A stretch of 64,000 nucleotides of DNA from Amoebophrya sp. A120 (Eukaryota > Protista > Dinoflagellata), in contig CAJINV010000005.1 in NCBI GenBank assembly GCA_905178155.1, positions 612,564 through 676,563 of the forward strand, written 5' to 3'. Positions 12,971 through 23,399 of this stretch are shown here, piece by piece. Position 1 is the first letter of the stretch, and every line of letters begins with the position of its first letter. The position numbers and the translations under genes are program-made. The notes under the pieces were generated by a model. The model ran no database searches. It worked only from the letters and a program-made list of their open reading frames with translations, and was not told the DNA's origin.

Positions 12971-13222
12971 AGCTTGCGAAAAGCTCACCAGACCGAAAAG
13001 CTCTGCCCACTGGTGGTTTTCACTTTGATACGAATTTTTAAGGGTGAGAGTCATTGATGTTTGCCAGAGTCTATCCTCCTTTGTGATGAAACAAAGCGCG
13101 CCACCAATTCTTTTCCTTTTCCGAAGATACTTTTGGCGAAGTACCTTTTCGCCTTGTTAGTTCGTGCTTCAATTCTCTCAGCCAAAATACCCTTAACCAC
13201 GACGATGCGACGTTTTTCTCTC
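12971..13222. repeat. Upstream-region duplicate, copy 2
   Basis: See 10737-10980. Confidence 0.8.
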
Positions 13223-14384
13223 GGTTCCGCGATACATACTTTTATTCTATTTGCATCCCGCCACGAAACTGGAGACTCCATGACCATATTCTAGACTAAG
13301 GACGAGCAAACCTCAGACAATTATCGCCGTAAATCGCACTCTTAACCGATCAAAACGTGGGACATCTGGATTTTCATGCGAAGAGCCGATCGACACCACC
13401 AACGAGAGAACGGTGGAGGACGTAGCCTGAACAATTTCCATTTTCTGCGTATTCATTGCAAACACGCATGCCATTAAAACTGTTGTGATTTCCGTTCATG
13501 GCTTTGGCTGGTAGCGAGTTTTATATGCGCTGTCAACGATCGCACTGCGACTCGAAGTTTTAATCAAATTCAAGGGTTCATTTGTCTACTAGACGCGGGG
13601 CCTAGGTGGGATAACATTAAAGTTTGATTCGCCCTACCGCTGCGGGCGAACTGCGAGAGAGAAGCGGTAGTAGTTGCAGCTCTTGCTAAATTCATTTTTC
13701 ATTTTCTCTAGTATCTTCTTTGTTCATTATGTTATTACATAACACACCAAAGTGGTAAAGACAAAAATTCGTGAAACTGCAGAGCAGTTGAGCTTCATGA
13801 TACATCAATATTAGACAGGCGCGTTTTATGTAGACAAAGACAAATCATTGCTTAGAGTATGATGTATGAAACAATAGCGTTGTAGTAGGTGAAGTGAATG
13901 AAGACAAACGCCGAAAGAGCGACATGGTGATACTGGCAATACGAACTCATAAATTTTTGATATAGTTTTTAGCGTTTCGTGGGTAGTTTTGTTTTGTTTT
14001 CCTATCTTCCTCTTTCCTCGGTTTTTACATGGTCTGCTTTGTTGCAACTAAATTGCCGCTCTCTACTTTTGGATATCTTCCTCCATCGGCTTCTCACACC
14101 TTCACAGACGCGTCCGACTTGACTTGTACTAGAAGTTGCCTCCCGAAAGTCATCAGAGCCTCTCTGCTGCGACAGTTATCAAAATCGCAAAATTCCACCT
14201 TAATATATACTTTTTACTTTTGCTTTATTCTCGCCGGGGACATCAGATTTATTGTTGAGCTTTTCGTCACTTTTGCGTGATTCGGATTTTCATAAAAAAG
14301 TCAGATTCAAGTACAAGGAGCGGTTAAAAAGTCATTTATCAATTTTCAGGAGCTGCTTTCCCTCCGGTTTTTTCGTAGGGCGCT

Positions 14385-15705
14385 CTACTGATGCGCGGCC
14401 GCGACCACTCCACCGAGCGTCGGACCCGGACGGGTGGTCAACACCTGCCTCGAAGTTGGCTTGAACGCCGACAAGGCGCCAAACGCAGGCAGCCGCGCGG
14501 CCGCGGCACTCCCTCCGCTGCCTCCGCCGGACGAGGCGCCAGTTGCGTAGGTGGCGGAGGCGCTCGTGGTTTTGAAAAGCCCCCTCTTCGTACTGCTGCC
14601 CGCCGGTATAATGTGCGTCGAGGAAATGTTCATTTTTTGCACGGCACTGGGAACTACAGAGGAAGCCATCGACTGCTGCAGAAACTGCGCCGTAGGGCTG
14701 GAGCCACTGTTCTTGGCAGCTGCTCCTGTAGAAGTTGTGCCTGTTGTACAACTACTCGCCACCGTGGAGGTAATAATTCCCCCGGAAGTTGTAGATGAAA
14801 AGTCGTTGCTGTAGGTCGGCTTCCTGCCTGCCTTCCCCAGGCTGGACTGCGTCCGCGGCGGCGGCGACATCGCGTCCTCGGGGCCCTCCTCCTCCACGGG
14901 ACTGGGAGCGGCGCGCGGAACGTTGTGCTTCTTCCGCATGCGCACGGCCTCGGGCACACCGAGGGTTTGATGTTGATGCTGCTTCGCCAGCATTTGGTCC
15001 TTGATGGTAGCGGGACGAGGAGAGATTTTTACAGCATTGTGCTGCTGCTGCGCAAATTCCGCATTTGATGCTTGATTTCCGCTGTTACCGAACGCAAACA
15101 CCGGGGCTGCAGGGTTCGCGCTGCCGTGCTGCTGCGAGGAACTATGTGTCACCACTGGTGCAGCAGCCCCTGCTGCTGTTCTGACGGGAACTGCCACTCC
15201 TGGAGCAGCCAGACGACTCCCACTACTAGAAGCAGATGCCGCTCCCGCCCCGGCGCCGAGGCTCAAGCGGGTCAGCGGAGTTGCGAGGTGTGGTCCGGCT
15301 CCGGAACCACCGGATTTTGTTGCTGCGCTCGATGAAGAGGATACGACACTCGTCACCTTCGCACTGATGCTGGTCGCGCTGGAAGTGTTTGGGGCCAACA
15401 GTAGAGGTCGCGCGGACGGCAGCGCGGTCGGGCCGAGGGTCGGCGGTGGTGGGGCAGGCACGGTTTGCAGGCCGCTGATCCGCCTCGGCTTCAGGGACGC
15501 GTTGCGGAGGGGTGGGCCACCAGCACGGGTAGATTTTTCCTGTTGGGGCAAATGCTGCTGCTGAAAGGTTCTGAACGTCGGAACGGTCGCGTCGCGCTGC
15601 CTCGGTGGGACCATCACGGAAAAAGTACCCGAAATCCGCGGCCGTACCGACCGGGAACGAAACCCAAGAAGCCCCGCTCGCTGGACCTCGTGCTCGTCTT
15701 CAACC
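14385..15705 (-). CDS. Low-complexity S/A/G/P-rich exon; possibly the 3' part of the gene starting at 19227
   Basis: 410-aa ORF that stays open upstream to a CAG acceptor near 15706; I could not resolve its linkage to upstream exons. Confidence 0.55.
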
Positions 15706-16206
15706 TGATGCAGGATAATTTATTTTCTGCACGTTATCGTTATATATTCGCATGGGTTTGTAACGTTGCGTGTTCCTGTTTGTTGTTGATGCTGCACGAA
15801 ACGAAGAACCTGCTGTGGTCGTTTACCACGATGTCGTCACGACCGTTGCTCCTTTTCATGTGACAAAGAAAGCGATAAGTAACCTCCTTTCTACCGGGCT
15901 CAGAATCGCGGGCGGCGCGCGGGGCTCGGGCTGTCGAAGTTCCTTCCCGCGAATCATGGGCGTCCAGAAACCAGGCCGGTCTGCGAGTAAGCCTCTGGTC
16001 CCCGGGTGGACCGAGTAGGACGTTTGTGGCACCTACGTATGGAGAACGGAACGTTGATATTAAGAGAGTCATGGAAATCTTCTCGAATGAACTGACGCCT
16101 AGTTTCTCGAAACCGATGCCTACGTTACTTCGAATAAAAAAAAAGGACTGCAACAGCAGCGCATGAAAACATCAAGTAACGCCAGCACAATACGTGTACA
16201 AATTAC

Positions 16207-19200
16207 TTGCAGCTGCTGCTTGGTCGACTGGTCCGCCCCACTCCCCTTCGCTGCAATCATTTCACTGTTCTGCTGTTTTTTCGGCGGCTGAATGACGAAG
16301 GGCGCGACGACTTTCGGGACCGAAGCGGAAACTGTGCCTGTGTTGGTACCGCCCGCAGCCTTGCTTCCGGATGAACCTCCAGGGTTGGTGTTGACAATTT
16401 TTGCCGTGGAGCTGGAATTTGGCGGCGGGGACAGCAGCGACCTTTTCTTGTTCTGCACCAAGCTCGCCTCGTCGACATGAAGGCTGGACCTCGCGGGGAC
16501 TACCACCGCATTACAACTCTGCTCGGTGTTTGTTCCAGCAGCAGCCGCCTGGTCCTGCTGTTCAAACGGCGAGGACCGACTGCTGCTCGACTGCGACCCG
16601 GGCAAAACGGGCACTTCCATCTGCAAGAGCGAGGTTGCTGGCTGGAAAGAAGAAGAGCCGCTTCCTATTACAATGAAAAATGCCCCCATCCCCAAAGTTG
16701 CAATAATTTGTCATGCGAAGTTTCCAAATGAAAACTTTTTGTCATGCATGAAAGGAGTGTGAATCTCTCTAATGCAGAGTCTAGGCGTATACAGCATCGC
16801 TTGCATGACAAGGGCCGCTCTTGCTGGGATCTTTTGCAATACAAGTTTTTGCTATTCCCGATTGAAGATCTGTGATGCTGGTAGATGTAAGAGGGCGAGT
16901 GTTTCATTTGGAAAGGTTTGCAATACAAATGCTCCAAAGTTCAAGTTCTGCGGTGGGGGCACTTTTCATTGTCATACTTCCGTTGCGCTGGATCAGCGTT
17001 TGGTTCATTCCCAGCAGCGTGTTGGTCGGGGACAAACGACTCGACAAAGAGTTTTGGTTTTGCTGCTGCTGTTGCACCACCTCTTCGACGTGTTCTTGTT
17101 CGTCTGGTATGCTTTCCGAGCCGGGCAAAATGGTCCGTGTCGACGTGATTCCGTTATAATCCCCAAGGAGACTAGCACTCGATGTCATGGTCATGGAGGG
17201 TGGTCGACTGGCTAATATCTCGCCAGCGATATTAGAAGTGGTCCCGTTCGAATGGTTGTTGTTATTTGATGTTCCGTGCAGGTTCATCGCAGAATTGTTA
17301 CTGGTAGAGCTTGATTTTGACAAAACCATCTCGGAGCTGGGCTCGGTGCCGGAAGAAATCGTCTTCTGCATCTTCTGAAGGGGAACGAAGCCGTGCTTCG
17401 AACTGGTTTTCTGCTGCTGCTGCACTCTCAACATAGAGGAAGAGTTGTCTGGTGCTGGGTCGACCGACACTGAAGACGACTCCGAGTGGTGACCTCCGGA
17501 GGAAGAAAGCGACAAAATCCGGCTCATTCCGGAGGCTTGTCTAGCGCCAGTCGCAACTACTCCATGCTGCAGCAATTTAGGATGTCTATTTTTAGTACTG
17601 TGCTTGTTGTTTCCTGGCTTGCTCGTGTTGAAAAAGCTGGTTTGATGTGCAGGAGCACCTCCTCCTATTGGTCTACTACTGCTCGAGGAGGAACTATGGC
17701 GCTCTCAAGTGTTACATTCTCAACTGTTACATGATTTGTCATGCAAAACTACAATCATCATCATCATCATGTAGTGGACACCCGCACCCAGCGCCACAGG
17801 TCAAGGATCCCCTCCCCGGGGGGGTGGGCGAGGAAGCACTTTCGGCGACCTCAACATACAAAAGCCGAGCGCTACCACGGCAAGTCGCCCCAATAAAAGT
17901 GCCAACCAGTCGGGAGCTACCCACCACACCTGATCAGTACAGCCCGGCCAGCTAGCCGAGCGCGACAGCCCAACATACAGAACGATCCAGGACCCGACCC
18001 ATTTTACGCCTTAAGTTTTTGTTCTCACGGAAGAGACGACGTACCCCTTTGGGCTACTTAAGGGGCGAGACTCTCCCTTAAGCCGCAACCCCACCCGGAC
18101 AGGGGAGGCTGGACCATTTGCGCCTTACCTGCGGCACGGACGAAAAAGGCAAGTGCCGCGAACCGGAGATGTCAAACCATTGGCCAGTTGTTTGTCACTG
18201 CTGACTGGCAACCCACCTGGGGCACAGCGACAACTTAACGGCTTAGTTTCTGCGTGGCGGTCAGAGTGCAACTCCTTGACTTATTCTGCAACAGAAGCAA
18301 AGGGTGGGAGGGGGGACGGGGGGCGTAAGCCGGAGTCGCGACGGAGCTTACCTTGAGCTTACCTTGAGCCTACAATCAGAATCTACACAATCAAGCTTCT
18401 TAGCATGACAAATTCTTTGAGGGCCAAACAGGCTCAGACTCTGTGCCAAATCTGTCATGAAAGACGCGCAAGGTCACCCCGTTCACTTTTTCCATTCTTG
18501 CATCACAAATTCATGTACATGTATATGTAACAGTTGAGAATATGACAGTTGAGAACGCCATAGGAACTGCTGCTGTGTTCTACGCCAGTCAAAACACTTG
18601 TTGGTGGGTTGAGCAACCGGGCTATGAAAGCCTCAGGTTGGAAATCCTCAAAGTGGAAATAATTTGTAATGCAAAAAAACGACCCCAGTTGAAGCGGCAT
18701 TTGTAGTCGGCGCATGACAAAATTCCCGGGCCTTTAAAGCATGTCTGTCATGCAGGTTAAGGCAAAGGGGTGCCCTTCTGTCGTGCTCGGCAGCACTCCA
18801 ATTCTTCACCCCTAGCAGGACAATGGTTGGCTTCCATTATGTCCTCTGCAATACAGTCTTTTTTGCCTTGCATATCATGCATCACAAATTGTTTCCATTT
18901 TGAGGATTTCCATTCTGAGGCTGTCATACGAGCACCGACGCTCGTAGTGCCACCTGCTCCACCCACTCCGCCGTATGCCCCGCCGAGCTGCATGCCAACG
19001 CGGCCCTCATAGTACAGGTTGCCCCGGGATTTTGGGGGCGAGGTGAAATACCGCGACTTCAGGTGCTTCGCAGGGACTACCTGGTGCTGTTCCTCTGAGG
19101 AGTTGTTGGGGTTAGTCGCGGAAGTAGAACCACCTATAGCACCAGCATTTTTATCCTTCGACGTCGCGTGAACCGTGCGGGTTCTACGTCGCTTCGCTTG

Positions 19201-19227
19201 GTTGCGCATCGCCTTTCGGAGAACCAT
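16207..19227 (-). CDS. Low-complexity hypothetical protein, 5' part, interrupted by 3 introners
   Basis: MVLRKAMRNQ...SVGAR|LLNPPT...HSSSS|SSSSSRPIGG...QRNGS|GSSSFQP reads continuously after removing the elements at 18623, 17695 and 16666; GT donor near 16206. Confidence 0.7.
16666..16976. mobile_element. Introner family D (311 bp), TSD CTTCC
   Basis: CTTCC|TATTACAATGAAAAATGCCCCCA...TGGGGGCACTTTTCATTGTCATA|CTTCC. Confidence 0.9.
17695..18562. mobile_element. Introner family E (868 bp including a nested insertion), TSD GGAAC
   Basis: GGAAC|TATGGCGCTCTCAAGTGTTACATTCTCAACTGTTACAT...ATGTAACAGTTGAGAATATGACAGTTGAGAACGCCATA|GGAAC. Confidence 0.9.
17758..18369 (-). mobile_element. SINE-like retroposed insertion nested in introner E
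   Basis: 9-bp direct repeat CTACAATCA at 17749-17757 and 18370-18378; (TCA)5 tail at the left end; GC-rich non-coding body. Confidence 0.65.
18623..18928. mobile_element. Introner, B-related (306 bp), TSD CGGGC/CGAGC
   Basis: TATGAAAGCCTCAGGTTGGAAATCCTCAAA...TTTGAGGATTTCCATTCTGAGGCTGTCATA. Confidence 0.88.
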
Positions 19228-19406
19228 CGCAAACTCCAACCAGCTTTGGATTACCTGGATATAAATTTTCTGCAATCGGATCATGCGGACGCTTATGTAC
19301 ACGACCTTTATAGTTACATCCTTATTCTGGTTTTAGCTCATATACTAGCTTATGATGTCAGAAGTAAAAATGTGTTTTTGAACAATTTATCAGAGTGAGC
19401 TGGGTT

Positions 19407-22400
19407 TTACGATTTGGACTCATGGGCTCTCGCCTCATATGACCATCGTGAGAAACTTCGCTTTTTCTCATCACTTTTTGGATCATACGGAAGATACGTG
19501 GGGTCGTGTTTTACCGTCGGTAAATCACAATGACAACACAACAAGTGTAAGTCTCGTGCTTTGCATATGAGTAACTTTAGACAAGATGAACAACCTGAAT
19601 TTGAAAAAATCATCCTCGTCATATATACCTCGGTGCCACAGTTTTCGCGGAGCGTCAGAAAGCTACACGCGTTAGCCATGGAGGAATCCTCGAAGAGCGA
19701 TTGCATCACTAGGCACAGCGGATCCTTGGGTCTGTGAGATCATGATTTGAGGATGAACAATTTGTACTATGTATTGTGCGTACGCTTGTGAACAACTGAC
19801 GTCACACTTATGGTTCTCACTTCAATCCACTGAAAAATCCATACTTCCTTCAAGATTAAGTACTCGTGCCGTTCGTTTTTCGCCATGTCGTCGAGCATCC
19901 TTCGCAGCGCTGCATGCGACTCTCGCACGGCATCGACGGCCGTTCCGGAGGCGTCCGGGTCGTCTGCGTATCAAATGTAAAAATGTCTGGGTCTGGAAGA
20001 TTAGAACTTGTCATGCTAAATCTAAATGATGCAAAAATCTGTGTTGCGTGAGTGCCAAAAGCTGTCCGCTTTTGACCAAGTTGAGAGGGAGTTTCTCACG
20101 CAGGAAAGGCATGATAGAGACCTCAAAGAATCTGTCATGCTAGGTCTCGCATTCCAGACCTCCTGGCCCATGCAAAACGTGCATGACAAGTCTCAGAATC
20201 TTCCAGACCCAGACATTTTTGCAGTTGATACTGCGGCTAGGTCGACGAAGGACAGCGTGAACCGGTGCGGCTTTGACGATGATGAGATCTTCGGGGGTTC
20301 TATCCTGAGTAAAAACGTCCCCACACCAGAGTCAGGATGGGGATTTTGCAACACAAACCTAGCGGTTTTGGGAGTCACGCATGACAAATTGCACTCCGCA
20401 GTGTAGTGCTGGTTAGCAAGTGCAGCTGCATCACAGATTCATCTGCTCATCCTGTTCACAGCATCACAAATTCCAGAACACGATTGGAAAGCACTCTCAT
20501 GGGGATGCGCATTACAAGTCTTCCTGTCTTTGCAAATCTGCATTACAACTCTGGCGTGGGTACGTTTTTACTCAGGATAGGTCCTTCTGTATTGTTTGTC
20601 TCTCCTACGTCGCTGGGCTTCATTACACTTGACGGTGGATCTTCGATGTTCACCAGAAAAACGCAGTGGCCCCTACTGGTCTCCGTACCGCGCTCGAAAT
20701 GCCGGTTCTGGTCGCCGAAGAAAAGTTATCGCTTTGGTACAAAATAACTGTGTGTTCCAGATCGCTTTGCGGATACAAAAAGCCGAATGTTGATGCAGCA
20801 GCGTCCCTCTTGAATGAGGCGCCGTTGTGCGATGTGTGAAATAAAGCTGCTGCGGTTTACACAGCCGCTCCGTTTGCGATCTACTGTGTCCGAGACTTTC
20901 AATTTTGTCAACATAATTTCGAGAGAAGCTACGACTTCTTTATGTAGTTCCCCTTAGTGTAGTTGCCTTCATCGATTGCTGCAAAACATAAAGATTTGCT
21001 TGTTTCAGTACACAGCAAGGAGGATCAGAAACACTACGTTGTGTTGCAGTATCGGATAACAGCCGGTGGTAGGCTATGGAAGCGTCAGGATTGAAATCGT
21101 CAAAGTTGAAATAGTTTGTGATGCATAAAATGCATGGCCCGAGGTACGTGTGTTGCAGAGCAGGCAAGTGATGCCGATTGTAAGCCTGTTTGGGGTCGTT
21201 AGAGCTCGAGTTGCTAAAATAGCATGAGAAAATCGGTCTTCGTTGCCTAAACCGCATGAAAAACTGGATTTAGGGATCACCAAAATTTGTCATGCGCCAC
21301 TTGGCAACTGGGTTCCAACTGGCATCCATTTTATGCATGACAAATCACTTCAACTTTGTCGATTTCAATCCTGACGCTTTCATATAGGCATCGGATTCGT
21401 CGCGAACCTCCTTCTCCGCCAGATCCAAGACTATCCTGCGCAAAAGTATCGCACTCGTAGTCGTACTAATTGCAATATATGCATGACAAATCCTGTTCTC
21501 AAGGTAAAACAGCATGACAAGTTCCAGTTGTCATGCTGAGCAAATTTGTAATGCCACTACTAGCACAAGAATACTTTTGCTTTCCATAAAGACCACCTCG
21601 CCGCCATTCCGCAGGATCACTTCGCACCCGACCCCGCTGCCTCCGTCCCCGGCGTCGGTACTAGTGGGAGTGGACGAGTTTTGGTGCAGCAACAAGTCGA
21701 CGATTTTCTGTTTGTACACCTCGAAAAAGCAAACCGTGACTATCCTGAGTAAAAACGTACCCACAGAGTCAGGATGGGGATTTTGCAACACAAGCCTAGG
21801 AGTTTTGTGAGTCACGCATGACAAGTTGCACTATGCAGCGTAGTGCAGGTTAGCAAGTGCAGCCGCATCACAGAATCATCTGCTCATCCTGTTCACAGCA
21901 TCACAAATCCCAAAACACGATTGGAAATGGCTCCCATGGGGATGCGCATTACAAGTCTTCCTGTCTTTGCAAATCTGCATTACAACTCTGGTGTGGGGAC
22001 GTTTTTACACAGGATAGTGATCCGCTGGGACTTTGTCCTTTCGTCCTGGAACAGCTTGGTTAGCGTGCGCGGAATCAGCCCGCGCAACGCGAAGGAGCTG
22101 CTGCCCCCGGTGAGCAAAAACGTCTTCCCCGCAGACTTGGGCCCGTAGCCGAAGAGAAACACGGATTTTTTCGCTTCAATGGCCGGATCGAGGAACCTCT
22201 TATCGAATTCGGTGAAGCGATCGTCTTGCTTCGTATTCGGAGGCATGATACCATCGAACTCGTAGGGTTTGCCGGTACCTGTGTCGTGTTTTTTTCTTTT
22301 ATCTACTTTATTTTTCTACACAACTTTTATTGATTTGCCATGCCACTTCTAAACCTTGACGGTCTGCTCCATGGTTATCGGGTCCTTGCATTCCGAGTAT

Positions 22401-22543
22401 GACAACACAAATTTTTGCTTTACTGATATTGTAGTACTGTCCTCCGCCGGATTCTGGGTGAAGTAAACGGTGCTGGCATCATGGTAAAGAAAATCGGGCG
22501 ACTGGTCGCAATTCAACACGCACCACGTGCTGTTCTGCGTCAT
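19407..22543 (-). CDS. Divergent kinesin motor-domain protein (kinesin-9/KIF6-KIF9-like) with 6 introners plus GT-AG introns
   Basis: Reassembled motifs in kinesin order: YEFDGI, FGYGPKSAGKT (P-loop), RGLIPR, FFEVYKQKIVDLL, LFFGDQNR, TSRGHCVF (switch I), SFVDLAADD (switch II). 3' exon junctions are uncertain. Confidence 0.85.
19969..20230. mobile_element. Introner family F (262 bp), TSD CTGCG
   Basis: TATCAAATGTAAAAATGTCTGGGTCTGGAAG...CTTCCAGACCCAGACATTTTTGCAGTTGATA. Confidence 0.93.
20301..20579. mobile_element. Introner family G (279 bp), TSD GGTTC/GGTCC
   Basis: TATCCTGAGTAAAAACGTCCCCACACCAGAG...CTCTGGCGTGGGTACGTTTTTACTCAGGATA. Confidence 0.92.
20727..21058. other. Fossil introner / non-canonical intron (332 bp)
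   Basis: TATC...GATA termini and a decayed TSD AAAGT/ACAGC; removing 337 bp yields the kinesin motif DAYHRLFFGDQNR. Confidence 0.7.
21075..21384. mobile_element. Introner family B (310 bp), TSD TAGGC
   Basis: TATGGAAGCGTCAGGATTGAAATCG...CGATTTCAATCCTGACGCTTTCATA. Confidence 0.93.
21432..21588. mobile_element. Introner family A, reverse orientation (157 bp), TSD AAGAC
   Basis: TATCCTGCGCAAAAGTAT...ATACTTTTGCTTTCCATA. Confidence 0.92.
21741..22016. mobile_element. Introner family G (276 bp), TSD GTGAC/GTGAT
   Basis: Near-copy of 20301-20579. Confidence 0.92.
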
Positions 22544-23399
22544 CTTTTATATTCAAACGAAAGGATGTCCCTCCAGCCGGCGGACGGCTGCTCTGGTTCG
22601 GGTCAGCGTCTCTCAGAAGTAGATCAATCGTAGCGGCTCTCCTCGTATGTGTGATTCCAAATAAGAGGCGGCTGTCTTCCTAATCATTGGGATTTCACAT
22701 TTGCGGCGATTTTCTTTGGACTCGCATTTCAAAAATCATTTGCCTGATTCATAGAAAATAAAGAAGTGGAGGTAGAAGTACAAGAAGCACACACGTCTAT
22801 TATTCCCAAGTTACAACTTTTGGACTCAAGAAACACGTTCCAGCACAGGAAGAGACGTGGAAATATCACCCCGTCTGTTTGACCTCTCTCACAGTCCTGT
22901 AGTGGTTGGTCTACACGGGGCTATCGCTATCTTCATCTCAAACGACGACGGGATAATTATACTGGAAGTGACGCGAGTCCTCATTGTACAGATACTACAA
23001 CACGCACACACAAGAATCAGAAGCATCCACGGAGCACCGATTGAGGCATGGACGGACACAAACAGGAGGGAACTGTAGCGGTAAACGCGAGTACACCTCC
23101 GCTGATGTTTTTGTTTTCCTTTTTTTTAAGAACAAAAACTTGTTGACTGGGTGGAAGAAGTAGATTATATATGTCCGCAAGCGACGATCGGCTTCTCGGA
23201 TGCGAATTCTCGCATCAAGGAGGATCTGTGTACAACTTCTTAGACAGGCAGCGTCGTGGTTCTGTAGGTGTTCCATCAATGGTACTGGTAAAAGTGCATG
23301 GGGCATGTAGCAATAAGTACTTACGGATAATATACTGAATGCGAGCGCCAGCTCTACCAGAAAGGCGGGACCGCAATAAAGTACTGGAAAATTTCTCTT

